Part shown: positions 1-11,429 of the stretch, piece by piece
How positions within the stretch are numbered: the first letter of the stretch is position 1
How the letters are laid out: the number at the start of each line of letters is the position of its first letter
Assembly (NCBI GenBank): GCA_027604505.1
Contig: JADIIX010000033.1
Location: forward strand, 1-64,000
From: Gonapodya sp. JEL0774
Lineage: Eukaryota
Direction: 5' to 3'
DNA: 64,000 nucleotides
Notes under the pieces: model-generated
Told to the model about the DNA's origin: nothing
Database searches by the model: none
Seen by the model: only the letters and a program-made list of their open reading frames with translations
Program-made: the position numbers and the translations under genes

Positions 1-116
1 CGTGTGGTTAGTAGACCACAAAGGTCACCTTGCGCACGATAATATTATTATTTACATAAGGTCATGTAACATGTTGGCTTCTAGAGCACTGTGGTGATGT
101 TACCTGCATGTTTATT

Positions 117-161
117 AACCGTGGGTCATGACCTGCCCTTGGTGACCCATGACCCACGGTT
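117..161. repeat. Perfect 14-bp inverted repeat with 17-nt spacer
   Basis: AACCGTGGGTCATG (117-130) is the reverse complement of CATGACCCACGGTT (148-161). Confidence 0.8.
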
Positions 162-465
162 CGCAGACTGTGAGGTTGCTCACCAGTCGCGGAAGTTAGT
201 GTCGCATAACATGTATGTCGATTGGGAAGGATGTTTTTACCTACTCAAATATTTCGCCTGGCGACTCAGCGAGGAAGAAGCTTGAAACAATCAAGAAACT
301 TTGTCTCTACAGACCCCATATCCTCTTGGCATCGGATTTCAGATCGTTCGTGGAACATTGCGTCTGGACTCAATATCACACAGAAAACCTCAACTCCCCT
401 CGGACGTCGACATCAGAATCACCATAGGCATCTAAACTTCCTTGCACCCATGAGTGTGGAAATCA

Positions 466-1502
466 ATGACGCGTGAGGGCAATTCCTTGCGAAAGAAAGA
501 AGACGGTAAATCTGACCCCCCCCTTCTTTCAACGTCAATAATCCCCTCGTTTACACGCAAATTACATGGCTTTACATGTCTATCTAAATTGCATCCGTAT
601 CATTTCGGGGCCTCAGGGCGCCCTCGTCTCGCCGATTCAAAGTTTACACGCGAACCGGGGACAAAGGTGACCCACAGTTTCATTTTCGTTTCTTGATGCC
701 GGCATCCTTCATCTCTTTCTCTCTTGCGCTAGGGTCGTCGTCTCTTTATACTGGGGAGCGTCGGGCAAAGGACGACCAAATTTTCGAGGCTCTGGGGACT
801 GTGGATGAGATTAGCTCCGCACTGGGACTCGCAATGGAGTACTGCGAAGAAGCCCAAAATGCTCTTGGACCCAAATTGGAAAAGGTGGGGCAACACGCAC
901 AGCCCTTTCTTCAACTCCCAACAAATTCACGTCGTGTTGTCTCAACTCAACCTGCAGATTCAATGTCTCCTCCAAGACGTCAATTCCAACATTGCCACCC
1001 CTCGAAACTCCGAAAAAACTACAGCAGACCGACTGGCAAAGACCATTTTTGATCCTGACGGGGTTCTGGTCCTGGAACTTGAGCAATGGATAGACCAGCT
1101 GGACCAGTCATTGCCTCCCCTCACAATGTTTATACTGCCCGTGAGTTGCAGCGATTCCAACGTGCACGGACTGATTAGCCTTTAACTGCAATTCCCGAGA
1201 AAGTCTGGTGGTAAGGCCGCAGGAGTGCTCCACGTCGCCCGAACAGTCGCAAGGAGAGCGGAGCGAAGGGTGGTACCTCTCGTTGAAGATGGTACCGCTG
1301 ATCGCAGCACGCAAAAGTACCTCAATAGGTGGGTCCATTTCATTAAGTATTCTCCACTGGTAAAGGCTAGGCTTGCTTATTTGACAATGGAATCTAACTG
1401 TCCAGACTGAGTGATTTCCTCTTCATTGCCGCTCGATATGCGGCGCACAAGGAGGGTAAACCCGAAAAAATATATCGCAAGATTGAAAAGGCCGGAAAGT
1501 AG
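466..1502 (+). CDS. MMAB: ATP:cob(I)alamin adenosyltransferase (PduO/MMAB type), multi-exon
   Basis: Spliced reading gives [62 protein letters not shown] and [15 protein letters not shown], hallmark motifs of the family. Stop TAG at 1500-1502. First exon and ATG are less certain. Confidence 0.93.
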
Positions 1503-1523
1503 TGTATGATCGTTTGTGCAAGT

Positions 1524-2785
1524 TTAGTCCCAATCGAGAATGAGTTCGACACATCTTTCCGCAAAGAGTTCTCGTATTCCCTCTAGTATCAATAGATATC
1601 CTTGTGAGCGTTTAGTTCCTAAGCGGGGTACTCTGGGGGAGTTGGGCACACTTAATCTTCCTTGCTCTGCGATCTCCTTCAATACTATTTTGTCAAATGT
1701 CACATCAAGATCCAGACTGGGTTCGTTTTGTACATCAGGCTCATCCCATGCATATGAATCAAGTGAGGTCCGATATGTCATATGTGTGAGATTCGGCAAC
1801 GTGTCGAGTATGCAGCCGAACTGTTTCGAAGTGAGGCCATCAACATGTCTCGTGAATTGTAAGTCAATACCCAGAGAAGTGAGAGACTTCAGCGACTTCA
1901 AGCCATCCGTGAATATGCCGAAATTGTCCAGGATAGACTGATGGAAGTGTGTCACCTCGAGTGACGACAGAGATGCAAACTTCTGTAATATTGGGAACAA
2001 TTCCTGAAAACTCCAGAACTCCGTATTGAGCCGGATCGTTTGCAAAGTAAACTTCCAACCGTGTGCAAAGTGTCGGAGCGTGGTCTTGCTGAGACCGAAA
2101 GCGAAACCATCGTAATAAGACTTCACATTTCCCAATTGGCTGAGAACGAGCCAGAAAGGGTCGCCTGGATATGAGATAAATTCGCTCGCCTTGATAGAGA
2201 CTCTTGTAATCTTGGAATTGTGGGCAAGAAGACGAGGGAACAAAAGATCAGCATTCTCCAAAATCACGCAATCCTGACTCTCCTCATCCACAGAGATGGA
2301 TACAAGGTTTGCTGATAATTTTAGAAGGCGCTCGATTTCTCCGAAGAACTGCTCCACATCCCGTCTCATCCCTTCTTCACGACAGTTGTAAAACGTGAGG
2401 GATCTCATATGAACAGCATGCTGAACGAGGACCTGTTGAATCATGGGTATGAGATTCACGAGAGGACCAGTGAGGCTGACATCTCTCCATAAGAACGGCA
2501 TATTAGATAAAATTCGGAATCGTCGATTGACTCTGTTGTCGAATGTTTGTCCGAGATCAATTCATTATTGGCGAGTGCAAGAACGAGAACGCACGCCATC
2601 ATCTTCAAACGGAGCTCGCGATGAGAGAACCATGACATCAGCGCGACGACACAATCATCATTGAGATCGTTGAGACTTGCCGGCCTACCAAAGAATACGG
2701 ACTTTCTTGGAACAAGTCTTTAGAATGTAAAAGCATTGCGTGTGTCCTACCCTGGAGCTGGTCGTTGTACTGATTCTTGTATCAT
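1524..2785 (-). CDS. F-box protein with LRR-like C-terminal region
   Basis: Two short 5' exons spliced to ORF 1524-2501 give SLNDLNDDCVVALMSWFSHRELRLKMMAVNRRFRILSNMPFLW (F-box-like). Downstream LxxLxxLxL repeats, e.g. LKSLKSLTSLGI and LPNLTHMTY. Confidence 0.72.
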
Positions 2786-3096
2786 TGGATCGAGTATGCT
2801 AGGATTCTGGATGGTCTGGACGTTGCACACCGGAACGTGTGACCGTGTGACACACATCTTGTACAACGTAAACTTCGAGCAAACATAAAATTCTCGCAGC
2901 AGGAAATCGCGAGGCCGTGTTAACTACTCCCGCTATCTCTTTTTCTGCATCGATCCTAACCAAAAGTGTCATCGTGGTTCGATTTACCCCACCATCGGCC
3001 ACCTCCCGCTGCGGACGATTCGCTCAGGAAAGCGCTTTCTTCTACACAGTGCCCGTACACTTTCCGTCTTCTGTCGTATTGACTTGTTCTGGCTCG

Positions 3097-6000
3097 ATGG
3101 AGGAGTCCGCAGGCCAGGAGAGCAATCTGAAAGTTGAAGAATCGGTGTTGTCCCCAAACCCGTCATCCCTGGACACTTCTTCCAAAGTTAACGAGTCATC
3201 CGGTGATGCAAGTATGTCCGTGCCACAAACGAGCGAAGTGAGCGTCCAAAGCGCGGATGTTGCCGGGCCCCAAAGTCCAGGAGATTTGGACGAAGCACCA
3301 ATGGACGTCGAGGAACCCGCTGCATCTGAGCAACCAAATCCTTCGAACGGTAGCGCACACGATGCCATAAATGCTGTCCCGTATGCAAATGGAGGGGTCG
3401 TCACTCCTGAACAATCGTTGCAGCCTCTGCAAGTGACCTCAACAACGCAATCTGCGGCCGTGCAACAGTACTATGATCCTAATATGTACGCTCAAGCTTT
3501 TGCTGCGTATGGTGCTTCCATGGTTGCCCCGTCACCGGATGGGTCCCAAACTGCCTATCCGTACCCGTATTCATATGCCTACCCGGGACATTACTATGGT
3601 ATGCCTGCCGGCGCGTACCCGCAACAAGTCCCTCAGACTATGCCCACTTCCACACCTGTGAATGGAGCACAGAACCCAGGGCCTATCAACATCAACCCTG
3701 CCTCCTCAGCACCTTCTGCTTCAACCACACTGTCAGTTGCTCCAAAGGAGGAGCACAGGACTCCTGACCCTACCTCGGCCAAACCTTCAGCACTCACGCA
3801 CACTCTGTCTACTATTGTTTCCCCCTCCGTCGTAAATTCTGCTTGGCACCAAATTCCCACAGCAGAGCCCCCAAAACCCGTAATAGACAATTTACATGGT
3901 CGACGTAATGTCAATGCGACGAAAATGGATAAACTCCAGCGTATTGAGCAGCGCATTGAGGCAGATCCTTGGGATACTGAAGCATGGACCACGTTCCTGA
4001 CCGAGGCGAACCAGAAGGGGGACCCGCAGTTGACACGGGAGGCATTTGAGAAGTTTTTGAAACAATTCCCCACGTCGGTGAGTCTTTGGATTCCTCAATT
4101 TATAAAGTTAGGAAACATCATTTGTGAGCTAGAGACTTTTGATGATATCGGAGAAATGTTTCTGGTTAGCAACACATGCCAGAGTATCATCTGATCTACT
4201 CTCTCCGTGTCCTGCATGACCATCCGCATGTTTGCATCTCATCCTGTCTTCGCACATCTTGATCGAACATCGTATCCAGGCCCGCTACTGGGTCTCGTAC
4301 GCAGACTTTGAAATGCGACAAAAGGACAACACCAAGCTCGAGCAAATTTTCACTCGCTGTCTGCGCAATATTCCCGACGTTGACTTGTGCAAGTTCTATT
4401 TGAACTACATCCGACGGCGATTCTCAGGCGGTGAGGGGGAGAAGAAAGTCGAGGGACGTACCACCGTGGCGAAAGCCTATGAATTCGTGGTGGGGAATGT
4501 GGGTGCGGATAAGGACTCAGGGATGGTCTGGAACGATTACCTGTTCTTCATCAAGGCCGGAGAGGTAAGTGAGCGCATGTCGTTGCCTTGTGTTGGTGCG
4601 CACGAGAACCGGTGCATATGCAGCGATCAGGAGGCGATCAGAACGCATTCATCTTTGTCTTTGAATTGCTCCACGAAATAGTCCAAGCTCCTTGTGTGCT
4701 TGTGGTTTGATCGTGGCGGCTCACAAAACCTTGTTCCCTCAGACGCACAACGCTTTCGAGGAGGGTCAGAAAATCGATCTTTACCGTCGTACCTTCCACC
4801 GAGCAGTAGGCACTCCTGTCTCAAATGTCGAGTTGCTTTGGAAAGAGTACGATAATTGGGAAAATCAATTGAACAAGCTAACGGTGAGATCCAAATCGTG
4901 ATAACTCTATGGAGTGTGCCTTGGAATTGAGAGTGGTGGCGATCATTCGCATGCCATGTCCATCAGGCCAAGAAATTCCTTGGTGATAAGTCACCAGCGT
5001 ACATGAACGCTCGCACAGCGCTCAAGGAACTTCGTACTCTTATGGAGCCCATCGAAAAAGTCCAGAAGACATGGCTTCCTAGACCGCCTCAATGGACTGA
5101 CAAGGAAGTCCAAGTGGTTCGTACTTGGTGTATGCTCCCATTTGTTTATTGGCATAAAGCCCAATCGCTTGTCTCCGGTCAATCACCAGCTTGACGCTTG
5201 GCGGAGATACATTGCGTGGGAGCGTTCCGACCCTCTTAAGCTGGGAGAGAAGGCACCAGTCGCCTCGCGCGTCATCTATGCATACAAGCGTTGTTTGCTT
5301 ATGATGCGGTTCTATCCGCAGATGTGGATCGAAGCTGCGGCTTACATGACTGAAGTTGGGAAGGCCGAGGAAGGTTATAATTTGCTCAAGACAGGGACGG
5401 ATGCCATGCCCACTTGGTGTGTGACCGCTGCAGATGTCTCTTCAATATTACGGAATTAATTGCGGTGCCAAATTCAGCATGTCCCTTCACTTACACCTTG
5501 CGGAGTTGTATGAGACCCAGAACAAGGCACCACAAGCCAAACAGGTCTACGAGAATCTTATCGCCAATCTAGAGGCTCAATTGGCGTCTATTGGTGCGCG
5601 CACAGACGCTGAGAAGCTGCGCATCACACAAGAAAATTCGCAGCAGGAGGATGGCGATAAAATGCAAGTCGAAGGAGAAGAAAGGGAAAAGAGAAGGATG
5701 AAACTGAAGGAGCAAATCGAGAAAGTAGATGAACGCAACGCAAAGGAGGTAGAGCAAGTGAAGAGATCGCTGGGTTTGGCTTGGGTGTTCTACATGCGAT
5801 TCGCAAGAAGGACGGAGGTGATTATTGACTAATTGCGACCTTCTGTTATCGCTTGTTGACTGACACATCGTTTAGAATGTAAAAGGTGCCCGAGCAATTT
5901 TCGGGCGGGCTCGAAAGAGTCCTCATTGCACACATCACGTTTTCGTGGCATCTGGTAAGATAGTACACCTCGGGTATATTCTATGACTTCGCTGATCGAC

Positions 6001-7648
6001 CATTCCTGCAAGCGCTCATGGAGCACTATTTGAGTAAAGATGCGGTCGTCGCGGGTAAAATCTTTGAATTGGGGCTGAAGCTAGTTACCGGCACAGATGG
6101 GACACAACAGGGGTCCCAAATTGAAAACGGAAACGACTCCGTGATGTTCATCCTTCAGTATCTGAACTATCTCATATCCCAGAATGATGAAAACTCGGAG
6201 AACAGTGAGAGTCATGCCTTTCTGATGATTCTTAACTGCGTTAACATTCGGTGGCTTGTAGACACTCGGGCACTTTTCGAAAGGGCAATTGCGATGCTAG
6301 CTCCTTCGAAAGCTCGACCTGTATGGGACAAGTTTACCAATTTTGAGAGCGAGTATGGTGATCTTAATAACCTGACAAAAGTGGAGAAACGCAGACACGA
6401 GGCGTACCCTGATGGTAGGTTTTCACTGGCCCGAAATTTTCTCTGGAAAGTCATTGGAATTTGTTGGTATGTTTCAGATTCGTACTCTCTCGACGGTGCT
6501 GCTCATTTGGCCCAAAAGTACGCGTATTTGGATTTGGATGTCGTTGGAAATGCTGAATTTGGTCTGCAAGGCAGGTCGTTGAAAGGTCTATTTTGGGGTG
6601 AGATGCGTCCTCACACTCTTTCAATTGACTTAAATCATCAGCGTACAGGGGCTATATCGAAAAGCAGGCCACACCAGCAAAAGGGAAGGTTGCGACTCTG
6701 TCCCCTGTCGTCCGTAGACCTGCAAGAGAAAGCGCTGGTACCCGACGGGGACCATTTGCAGAAGCGGAAAAGTATCCACGTCCAGATTTCAGTAAATGGA
6801 CACCACACAAGCCGTTGGGAGATGTCAAGCCGATTGAAGCTCGCGCGCCTCAAGAGACCTTCCCTGATAGACGGGCTGTTCCAGCACCGTCATTGCCTCC
6901 GAAGCCGAGTGTACCATCCACTCCACTTCAGGGGACCGGTACAACTGTTCTTGCCCCCATACCTCTACCTGGAGGTGGGGGAGTGGTTCCGGAACCGATC
7001 GCAAGTCTCATGCATAAACTTCCTAAGACATTCACAGGTTCGCAAAGTAGACTTATTTACGCGGGCTATTATGAATGACACCCTGCTGATTCCTCTGTGT
7101 AGGACCGGTGCTACCCGCAGATGCAATTCTTGATCTCGTACGCACACACCCCCAGATTGCGTATCCACCCGGTTCAGTGCCGCGACCTCAAACCGCTAAT
7201 CCGCTTGCTAGTTTTCAAGCAGCTGGTCTGGGCAATTCCAATGCTTTCCAGAATTTGGTTTCGCCACTGAACATGGGGATTCTGCAGCAGCCGAATTTGT
7301 TGACGAGTCTTTCAGGTCTACAGTTTGGACTCAATCAACTTACAGGGTCGCAGGGTGGTCGGCCTTCTACGGAGCGGAGAGATCGGTCACGCGAACGACG
7401 ACGATCCAGGAGTCGGAGTCGAAGCCGCAGTTGGGATAGAAGACGGAGTCGTAGTCGGGACAGAGATCGTCCAGTCAGGTGAGACTCGAATGGAAACATT
7501 CTCCTTAGCCGTATGGTTGTTAAGCCATTCCTTGTACAGCGCCGGTCGAGGAAGCAAAGTGGGTCGTGGAGGGGGACCGTCACAGGGGGTTAAGCGAGCG
7601 AGAGAGAGTTATGAAGATGATCGCTACCGACCTAGATATCGGGATTGA
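3097..7648 (+). CDS. RNA14: mRNA 3'-end processing factor Rna14/CstF-77 (HAT/Suf repeats), multi-exon
   Basis: DPWDTEAW, FEKFLKQFPTSARYW, AYEFVVGNVGADKDSGMVWNDY, LWKEYDNWENQLNKLTA, WVFYMRFARRTE, KIFELGLK, RALFERAI and YPRPDFSKW match the CstF-77/Rna14 pattern. Confidence 0.93.
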
Positions 7649-7969
7649 AGCCGATAAAGTGGCTTGGTTATTGTAGCGTTCTGTGTGTTTGACAGCATTG
7701 TCCGCACTACATTTACTAAGACAACTCAAAACTCAAAGACGGAGTCTCCGGATCACCCCAACATCCAAACACGGGAAACGGATACCAGGAATTGATTGTT
7801 TCCAGGCCTTCTTCGGGGTTTCCCATCTCTCCGACCAGTGGGTTGTCTTTCAGAGGAACGCGCGAACACCTCGAAATTGCTCATGAATTGGGCAGCTGGC
7901 GCGATGTTTGCAGTCAAATCCAGGAAAATTTTACTTGATGGCACTCTAGTGAACTCCAGCGAAGCAGAT

Positions 7970-10900
7970 ATGGATCTGGACGCTTCTCTCCCACTGGTTG
8001 CCGGTAGCCCAGTTGCCCCCGCAAATGAGCCACCCGTTGTGCTATTATTGCAACCGAAAAGTACAGTGTCAAGTGACACCACCATTCGTTTGGAGGGTAA
8101 AGTTGCAGTGTCCGCCCGAAGACTCCGATCCCGGCTTACTCATGTGCAAGCGTTGGAACGCACCCTCATTGCTGAGAAAGCGAAACTTCAAAGTGAAAAA
8201 ACCGCCCATCGAAGCTTACTGCGAGAACTTGAAGTTCAGAGGCGTCTGGAATCAGGAATCAATGTGACCAACCAAGTGCTTTCCATGGAAGGAGTAAGGT
8301 CTATTGTTCAGTTGCCTCCAAACCTACGCGAAGAAGGTCAAGCGATTTCAAATATTACTATCTCTGGTGGATTTAATCCACAAACGACCACCACTCCTAC
8401 ATCAGGTTTGCCTCATTTGGAGTCTCGACGTCTATCTCATGGGCAAGACGAACTTGAAGAGGGGGAGGTAGCTGATGCAGAGAAGGCACCTTCAAGGCAT
8501 CCGAATACTCAAAGCAAGGAAACTCCTGCAACTGGGACAACTGCAGTTAGCACTCACCCTATTGGAGGCGATCCGGAACTGTGGCAACGGGCGAACTCTC
8601 CAGCGCTCCATTTGCAGTCTAGTACTCATTTAAATGATAGTTCTACCAGTCGTCAGGATAGAGAATCGTCATATCCGCCGCAAGCATCCCAATCTGTGTC
8701 AAAATCTGTCTCGGAGAGAGATCGTAGGGGAACGGAAGAGCGTGAGCGGAACCTTAAAGCAGCGGAGGCACGCGAGAGATTACGACGTGAGCGGGAGGAG
8801 CGGGATCGGAAGGAGCGCGAAGATCGTGATCGTAGGGAGCGCGAAGAGAAAGACAGGAGGGAGCGCGAAGAGAGGGACAGGAAGGTGCGGGAAGACAGGG
8901 AAAAGAAGGAACGGGAAGAGAGGGACAGGAAAGAGCGGGAGGAGAGGGACAGGAAAGAGCGGGAGGAGAGGGACAGGAAGGAACGGGAGGAGAGGGACAG
9001 AAAGGAGCGGGAGGAGAAAGACAGGAAGGAGCGACAAGAGAGGGAAAGAAGGGAGCGGGAAGAGAGGGACAGGAAGGAACGGGACGAGAGGATTCGCAAA
9101 GAGCGGGAAGATAGAGAAAGGAAGGAGCGCGAGGAGCGCGAGGAGCGAGATCGTCGAGTTAGAGAGGAGATGGAACGCCTCACTAAAGCTCGCGAGGAGC
9201 GAGATCGACGGGAGAGGGCGGAGAAGTTTGAGCGAGAGAAGTCTGAGAGAGAGAACACCGCGAAGGAGTTAGCCGCACGGTTTCCTGTTACTATTCGACC
9301 CGGTGGGGATAAAACTCCGACTTCTACTCGAGGAAGTACATCGAGAGGACACGACTCAAATATGGACATGGGAGGAAATGCTGCAAAAAAGCTCCGTGTG
9401 GACGAAATTCATCCAGGATTATCCGATGCGGCTGTGATGATTCCATCTGGTGCGGTGGGATCGGTATCAACACGTCCTGGTGCTGTGCCGGCAGCATCAC
9501 CAGCTCACTCAGCTCACTCTTCACACGCTCCTGTCTTGTCCAACCAGACGGAGATCCTCCGCAAGCTACTTCACCAAAAACAGGAGCAAAGCTCAGGCAA
9601 GCGCAAGCGCGATGACGATAGTTCGCACGCTTCTGTTCAGAACCTGGGTCCCGTTTCTGAGTTTTCGATTTCGACGTCTGGTCCTGTGAACATTACGGGA
9701 GATGGGGCGATGTTGATTGGGAAGCAATCAACACCCGTAAGCTTGAAGAAGACGTTTGATACTCTTTGGAGAATCAAAGTTCATGGTGGTACTGCTTTTG
9801 TTTCACAGGTGCCTATTCTTGCAAACCCTCCTACTACCGACGATCTTGAGAAACTGCGAGAGCGAGTTCGAGCTACCCAGCGCCTCCATCAGCAGCAAGC
9901 CCCAGAACTACAGACCTCTCCAATGGATACTCATAGTGCGATTCGTGGACAATTGCGAATCCCTGATCCTGCTCCTGCGTTTGACCCCTCCCTCGATTCT
10001 ACAGCGCATCATGGATCGCCGACTCCTGAAGCAGAATCATCGAAAGAGTGTGCTCCAGTCGAAACAAGCTCTGTCGGTACATCGTCCTCTGGTTCTGCAA
10101 CTGCTACTGTGGCGGAGAACAGTGGCCCTACACCTGTGCCTCCAGTTCCCAGTCTGCCAGGAGTTGCAGCGAGTGACACATCGGAACCATTTGTCTCTGC
10201 TCAAGCTCGCACAGCTGTTATCAAGGAGACCGCGGGTTCAGCTACCTTGCCTACTCCACTCAACAAGGAGGCGCCACCAAGAACCGGAAAGTCCTCAGCG
10301 GGAGCAAAAGCTGCTCAAAGTGCGCGATCGATCAAAATCTGGGATGGACGCCTAACAACATTAGATGGCTCTGTGGTTAATGTAAGCGTGCTTCTCTTAG
10401 CGACAAAAGATCGACCGATCGGAACCCCGACGGACGGATGGCAAGTACTTTCATTCTGGTTGAGAAATAATAAATCTGTTTTGATTCCACGTGTGGTTAC
10501 CCTACACAGTAATATTCCTTCGTGGCCGCAACAACTGGCAATCTCGCATTACTCAAACATCCCTGTGTCTGAATTGCAGAAACTAGCCCAAGAAAAAAAG
10601 ATACCTCTTATCGAAATCGTTGAAGAGCCGACCTCCCCTGCAGACACAAAGCAAAACGAAGTTTTGAAGAAGCTTGTTCAAGAGGTTGCGAACCTCAAGA
10701 AGGTACGAAAATGTATGAGCTGGATGATTGCCGTGAGCGGATTGTTCCCCCTTTACACCCTGTCAGATGGCCGTGATCAGATTTCCGGCGACGAAGACAC
10801 CAAACTCAACAGATGCTCTGGGCAAACGGCATGGGCTGGTCCTTCTTGTTCAACAGAATCGCTTGTTCGGAACGGTCTTTGCCACGCAATTCCTCCCGCC

Positions 10901-11327
10901 GTCCGCTGACGAACCTATAATGGAGCCGCCTTCCCAACCTGAACAACGACCGGTGGAACATGGAATGACCGCAAGAGTGACGCCGACCACAGGAAGCTTG
11001 CGCAGTATGACGGGCGAAGAAATAACTCCGCTTCCGATGCTTCCAACTACTGACAGTGGATTAGTCTCCGTTGGAACGCAGGTGGTGCCAATTTCTATGG
11101 GAGGTATGGTTCCCACCCCTGGCACTTTCGCCGGACTCCAGCAATGGGCGGTGCCTCAGTATGCCAGCCCAATCAGCATATACCCTGGTTTTCATCCCGG
11201 GTTTCCTGCGAGCATGCACGGGTTCGCGGGTTTCGTAGCATCACCTCCTTTGAACGTTCCTCAACAAGCGGGTTTTTCGTATGGTCCCGTTCCTACTACA
11301 ATGTATCAGAATCCTAATCCACACTAG
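7970..11327 (+). CDS. Large protein with R/E/K/D charged repeat and C-terminal SPOC/Med25-ACID-like domain
   Basis: 1037-aa ORF joined by a GT-AG intron to ORF 10767-11327. Domain similarity is by eye only. Start ATG uncertain (7883, 7904 or 7970). Confidence 0.7.
8780..9250 (+). repeat. Coding tandem repeat, ~24-nt unit encoding EERDRKER
   Basis: Repeated GAGCGGGAGGAGAGGGACAGGAAR-like units in frame. Confidence 0.9.
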
Positions 11328-11429
11328 CGTACATATTTAGAAAAAAATTTAATGTCGGGGTTCACATTGCGCTCTCTTTTTTGCTTTTGGGAAGACGAAA
11401 CCACAAAAGAAAAGTTCGCACTGACTGTC

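Noticed and set aside
6571..6648. GC-AG intron in RNA14 (donor GCAGGT at 6571)
   Set aside because: An in-frame GT-AG alternative (6575-6648) exists, so it cannot be decided from sequence.
8634..9369. Alternative-frame and antisense ORFs (RRGTGKSG and SSRSFLSL repeats)
   Set aside because: Shadows of the purine-rich coding repeat.
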